DNA of 64,000 nucleotides from an uncultured Lentisphaeraceae bacterium (lineage in GTDB: Bacteria; Verrucomicrobiota; Kiritimatiellia; RFP12; DVOR01), in the NCBI GenBank assembly GCA_949288955.1, contig CASEMS010000003.1:5290-69289 (forward strand). The letters are read 5' to 3'. Under the pieces are notes generated by a model. The model ran no database searches. It saw only the letters and a program-made list of their open reading frames with translations, and was not told the DNA's origin. Positions 58,612 to 64,000 of this stretch are shown here, in pieces. A program made the translations under genes and the position numbers. The number at the start of each line of letters is the position of its first letter. The stretch's first letter is position 1.

Positions 58612-60057
58612 ATGGCAACGACGCGCGCGTCCAAGGAGTTGGCCCGCTTCCCCGTCGGCGGGCTCTTGTGGAAGTATTCCGTGCCCGCGATTGTGGGCAT
58701 GTTGGTGATGGCGCTCTACAATGTGGTCGACCGCCTCTATGTGGGGCGGTGCGTGGGGCCGGACGGCTTGGCGGGCTTCGCCCTCACCTTCCCGCCGATG
58801 ATGGTGATGCTGGCCTTCGGCCTCCTGCTGGGCGTGGGCACGGCCACGCGCATCTCCATCGCGATGGGGCAGGGAAAACGCTCCGTGGCGCAGTGCTACC
58901 TGGGCCAGGCGGTGTGCATCTACCTCCTGCTCTCGGTGCTGGTCTACCCCATCTGCGCCCTCTTCGTGGAGCCGCTCTTGGCGGCGACGGGGGGGACGGC
59001 GGCGACGATCCCGCCCGCGGCCGATTACCTCCGCATCGTCTTCTGGTGCGCGGCCTTCCAGTATCTCTCCTTCGGACTGAACCACACAATCCGCGCGGAG
59101 GGCCATCCCACCAAGGCCCTCATGACGATGCTCATCGGCGCGGTGCTCAACGCGATCCTCGACCCCTTCTTCATCTTCGACGAGGTGCCGCTGGGCTTCT
59201 GCACCGTGCCCGGCCTGGGGCTGAAAATCCAGGGCGCGGCCATCGCCACCTGCATCTCGCAGGCGGTCTCGATGGTGTGGGTGCTGGCGCACTTCCTGCG
59301 CCCCTCGGCGGAGCTTCGGCTGAAGATCGGCTTCGTGCGGCTCTACAAGCCGCTCCTCTGGGGCGTGGTGGTGGCCGGCCTCCCGCCCTTCGCCCTCAAC
59401 CTGGTGGGCAGCGCCATCACCGCGCTCTACAACATCCTCTTCAAGGCCTACGCGCCGACCGAGGCCATCGCGGGGCGCGAGATCGCCTCCATCGGCATCG
59501 TCATGACGGTGCAGATGCTCGTCTGCATGCCCGTGCTGGGCGTGGCGCAGGGGATGCAGCCCATCCTCGGCTTCAACTACGGCGCGCGGAACTACCGCCG
59601 GATGCGCCGCACCTTCCATCTGGCGACGTGGTGGGGCGGCGGCTACATCGCCGTGATGTCGGCGCTCGTGCTCCTCTTCCGCCGCCCGCTCTTCCTGCTC
59701 TTCTGCAAGGAGGAGATGGCGGCCGACCTGCTGGCGGTGGGGCCCTCGGAGATGGCCATCTTCTTCTGCGGCTTCACCTTCGTGGGCTACGCGATCCTCG
59801 TGGGGCAGTATTTCCAGAGCATCGGCCGCGGGGGCGTGGCGTTGGCGATGAGCCTCTCGCGCCAATGCTTCCTGCTCGTGCCGCTGATGCTCCTTCTGCC
59901 GCGGGTGATGGAGCCGCACCTCGGCGTCTGGTGGGCCGCGCCGATCTCCGACGTCCTCTCCGTGCTCATGGCCGTGGGCTTCCACGTCTGGGAGCACCGC
60001 CGCCTCAACCGCCTCATCGCCGCGCAGGACGCCGCCCGCGCCCCCTGCCTGGCCTGA
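58612..60057 (+). CDS. MATE family efflux transporter (MepA-like)
   Basis: YNVVDR, RAEG, NAILDP, GAAIAT, QPILGFNYGA, LSRQ. Confidence 0.93.
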   Translation: MATTRASKELARFPVGGLLWKYSVPAIVGMLVMALYNVVDRLYVGRCVGPDGLAGFALTFPPMMVMLAFGLLLGVGTATRISIAMGQGKRSVAQCYLGQAVCIYLLLSVLVYPICALFVEPLLAATGGTAATIPPAADYLRIVFWCAAFQYLSFGLNHTIRAEGHPTKALMTMLIGAVLNAILDPFFIFDEVPLGFCTVPGLGLKIQGAAIATCISQAVSMVWVLAHFLRPSAELRLKIGFVRLYKPLLWGVVVAGLPPFALNLVGSAITALYNILFKAYAPTEAIAGREIASIGIVMTVQMLVCMPVLGVAQGMQPILGFNYGARNYRRMRRTFHLATWWGGGYIAVMSALVLLFRRPLFLLFCKEEMAADLLAVGPSEMAIFFCGFTFVGYAILVGQYFQSIGRGGVALAMSLSRQCFLLVPLMLLLPRVMEPHLGVWWAAPISDVLSVLMAVGFHVWEHRRLNRLIAAQDAARAPCLA

Positions 60058-60071
60058 CGAAAGGAGCCCCC

Positions 60072-61712
60072 ATGCGCCTCGCCGCCCTCACCGCCGCCCT
60101 CTGCCTCGCCGCCGCGCTCCGCGCCGCCACGCTCCCGATCGACGCCCTGCCGCCGACCTTCCTGCGCGGCGAACGCCCCGCCGCCTGGCCCGAGGGCCTC
60201 ACCGTGGTGGAATGCTGGGCGCGCTGGTGCGGCCCCTGCGTCCGCGCCATGCCGCACCTCGAAGCCCTCCATCGGGAACTCAAGGGTGAGGGCGTCCGCG
60301 TCATCGGCGTGAATGTCTGGGACAAGGGCACCGACCAGGAGATCCTCGACTTCCTCGCCAAACAGCCCACGCCGCCCACCTACGCCATCGCCGTCGACCG
60401 CGCCGACGCCCTGCCCAAGCGTCTGGGCCTCAAAGGCATCCCGCACGCCCTCGTCGTCCGCGCGGGCGAGATCGTCTGGCAGGGCCACCCCGCCACCCTC
60501 ACCGCCGAGCGCCTCCGCGCCCTCCGCGACGGCCGACCCGAGCAGGCCGCCAAGAAGGCCGACCCCCTGGCCGCCATCCGCGACCTCGAGGCCCAGGCCG
60601 ACGCCGCCGCCGCGCGGGGCGACTGGGACGCCGCCGCGGCCTTCCAGCGCCAAGCCTTCATGTCCCTCCCCGGCCTCCCCGAATCCTACAAGGAGGTGGA
60701 CGTCAATTGGGAGGATCCCGCCCTCGCCCCTTACGCCGCCCCGCCCGTGGGCGAGACCACCGAGGCTGGCGACGCCGCCCCCTACGCCGCCCTCGTCGGC
60801 CCCCTCCCCGCCGATGGCGTGCCGACCCTCGTGGCCTACTGGCCCAATCCCTTCTGGGTCTCCAAGCTCACCTGGGCCACCCTCGCCTCCCTCCCCGACC
60901 GCCGCGTGGCCAAGGCCCTGCCCTATCCCCACCGCACCCTGACCCTCGCCCCCGCCAAGGCGCGCCCGCACCTCGAAAAACTCCTCGCCCCCCTCGCGTG
61001 GCGCAAGGCCCCCCTCTTCTTCGCCCAGCAGGTGGATGAGACGCTCTTCGGTGTCACGGACCGCCACAACCCGCCCTACGTCGCCTACTTCCGCGATGGG
61101 CGTCTCCTCTGGAAGGGCCCGCTTGAGACGATGCCCGCCGCCCTCCGCGCCAAGGAGCCGCCCACGACCCCCGAGGCCGTCCGCGCCGCCGTCGCCGAGG
61201 AGACGGCCCGCACGGAAACGCTCTCCGCCTGCTTCGCCCGCCTCACCAAGGCCAAGACCCCCGAGGAACGCGCGAAGGCCCTGGCCGAGATCGACGCCAT
61301 CCGCCCCCTTCCGCGCGGTTGGGGCGCGCTCCTCATGCCCCACTTCCTCTCCGAGGCCTACCTCGCCAAGGACGTCCCCGCCGGCCTCGCCCGCGCCAAC
61401 GCCCTCCTCGACCGCTTCAAGGACGACGCCGGCGCGCTGGAGATGCTCCGCAAGGTCATCGACGCCTGGCCGGAGCTCGCCCTCGAGGCCACCAAACTCC
61501 GCTGCGACCTCGCCCTGCGCCTGGGCGAGCTCAACGACCGCGACGACCCCGCCTACGCCCAGGCCTGGGTCAACGTCGCCGCCGAGGAGGCCACCCGACT
61601 GGGCAAGAAGAATTTGGTGGACTTCCTGCGCTTCCGCGCCTGCGTGGCCTCCCCCACCGCCTGCCGCCTCGCCCAATTCCTCCACCGCCTCCCCGCCCTC
61701 CCCGCCCGCTGA
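60072..61712 (+). CDS. Exported TlpA/thioredoxin-family protein with a second degenerate Trx-like domain and helical C-terminus
   Basis: Signal peptide; [21 protein letters not shown]...WQGHP; AAGGAG RBS. Confidence 0.8.
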   Translation: MRLAALTAALCLAAALRAATLPIDALPPTFLRGERPAAWPEGLTVVECWARWCGPCVRAMPHLEALHRELKGEGVRVIGVNVWDKGTDQEILDFLAKQPTPPTYAIAVDRADALPKRLGLKGIPHALVVRAGEIVWQGHPATLTAERLRALRDGRPEQAAKKADPLAAIRDLEAQADAAAARGDWDAAAAFQRQAFMSLPGLPESYKEVDVNWEDPALAPYAAPPVGETTEAGDAAPYAALVGPLPADGVPTLVAYWPNPFWVSKLTWATLASLPDRRVAKALPYPHRTLTLAPAKARPHLEKLLAPLAWRKAPLFFAQQVDETLFGVTDRHNPPYVAYFRDGRLLWKGPLETMPAALRAKEPPTTPEAVRAAVAEETARTETLSACFARLTKAKTPEERAKALAEIDAIRPLPRGWGALLMPHFLSEAYLAKDVPAGLARANALLDRFKDDAGALEMLRKVIDAWPELALEATKLRCDLALRLGELNDRDDPAYAQAWVNVAAEEATRLGKKNLVDFLRFRACVASPTACRLAQFLHRLPALPAR

Positions 61713-61725
61713 CCGCGCCCCCTGA

Positions 61726-61808
61726 GGATCGGGGGCCGATCCACCTCGGCTCAGCGGCTGATCGACCTCGGATCAGCCGCCGATTCACCTCGGCTCAGCG
61801 GCCGATCC
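61726..61808. repeat. 22-bp palindromic repeat array (4 units)
   Basis: Units at 61726, 61748, 61770, 61792. Confidence 0.9.
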
Positions 61809-61825
61809 TGATTGAGGCGGCCCGG

Positions 61826-61885
61826 CGTGCCACGGGGTGGCACGGTTGGCAGGGTGTGCCACGGGTGTGCCACATGGATGGCACG
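61826..61885. promoter_or_regulatory. Cluster of TGCCA/TGGCA sites, putative enhancer (UAS) for a sigma54 activator
   Basis: Perfect IR CGTGCCAC-GGG-GTGGCACG at 61826-61844; further half-sites at ~61846, 61856, 61867, 61878. Confidence 0.6.
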
Positions 61886-61925
61886 GAGGGCGACGCAAAC
61901 GACCATTCCCGGGGCTGTCGGGGAA

Positions 61926-61942
61926 TTGGCACAGGTCTTGCA
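61926..61942 (+). promoter_or_regulatory. Sigma54 (-24/-12) promoter of dnaK
   Basis: TTGGCAC-AGGTC-TTGCA matches TGGCAC-N5-TTGCW; 48 nt upstream of ATG. Confidence 0.8.
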
Positions 61943-61990
61943 AAGGGTGGCGTAAGCACGCGGCGACCCCGCGACGAAAGGAAAACACTT

Positions 61991-63889
<1,899 letters not shown>

Positions 63890-63949
63890 CCTCGCGGGGC
63901 GGGGGCCTCCCCCGCCCCACCCCACCCTTTAAGAAAGGAACGACACACC

Positions 63950-64000
63950 ATGTCCAAGAAACCCGCAATCCGCCCGCTGGGCGACCGTGTCCTCGTCCTG
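63950..64000 (+). CDS. groES: Co-chaperonin GroES (5' end only)
   Basis: MSKKPAIRPLGDRVLV; AAAGGAA RBS; truncated by the window end. Confidence 0.9.
   Translation, partial: MSKKPAIRPLGDRVLVL

Overview
About 70% GC bacterial chromosome segment, probably from a gut PVC-superphylum organism (Kiritimatiellota/Lentisphaerota-like). This taxonomy is inferred from the LPEP-type PEP-CTERM protein, the exosortase-EpsI fusion and dnaK-groES adjacency. About 45 real CDSs are present; most long ORFs in the supplied track are antisense shadows. Housekeeping genes include clpP, dus, ispD, glgA/glgB, lgt, rimO, rnhB, folK, dapA/dapB, glnS, rpe, dnaK and the start of groES. There is also an RND efflux operon, an exosortase locus and a dispersed host-glycan-degrading toolkit (PL8 lyase, GH33 sialidase plus SGNH esterase, GH29, GH27, two tandem GH20). 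No rRNA, tRNA, CRISPR, transposase or phage genes were seen. The most unusual signals are non-coding or compositional. (1) A 22-bp-period palindromic repeat forms arrays at nine intergenic loci. (2) A 180-214 nt structured cassette is inserted between units of that repeat in 4 copies, with variation favouring minus-strand folding. (3) A strong, orientation-independent saw-tooth G/C skew at synonymous sites resets from C-rich to G-rich at transcription-unit boundaries, mostly where these arrays sit. Also noted: a sigma54 promoter with phased upstream sites at dnaK, apparently leaderless genes, an orphan PEP-CTERM tail, a HAD/radical-SAM fusion and a cystatin-like lipoprotein. All calls come from reading the sequence only; no database search was run.
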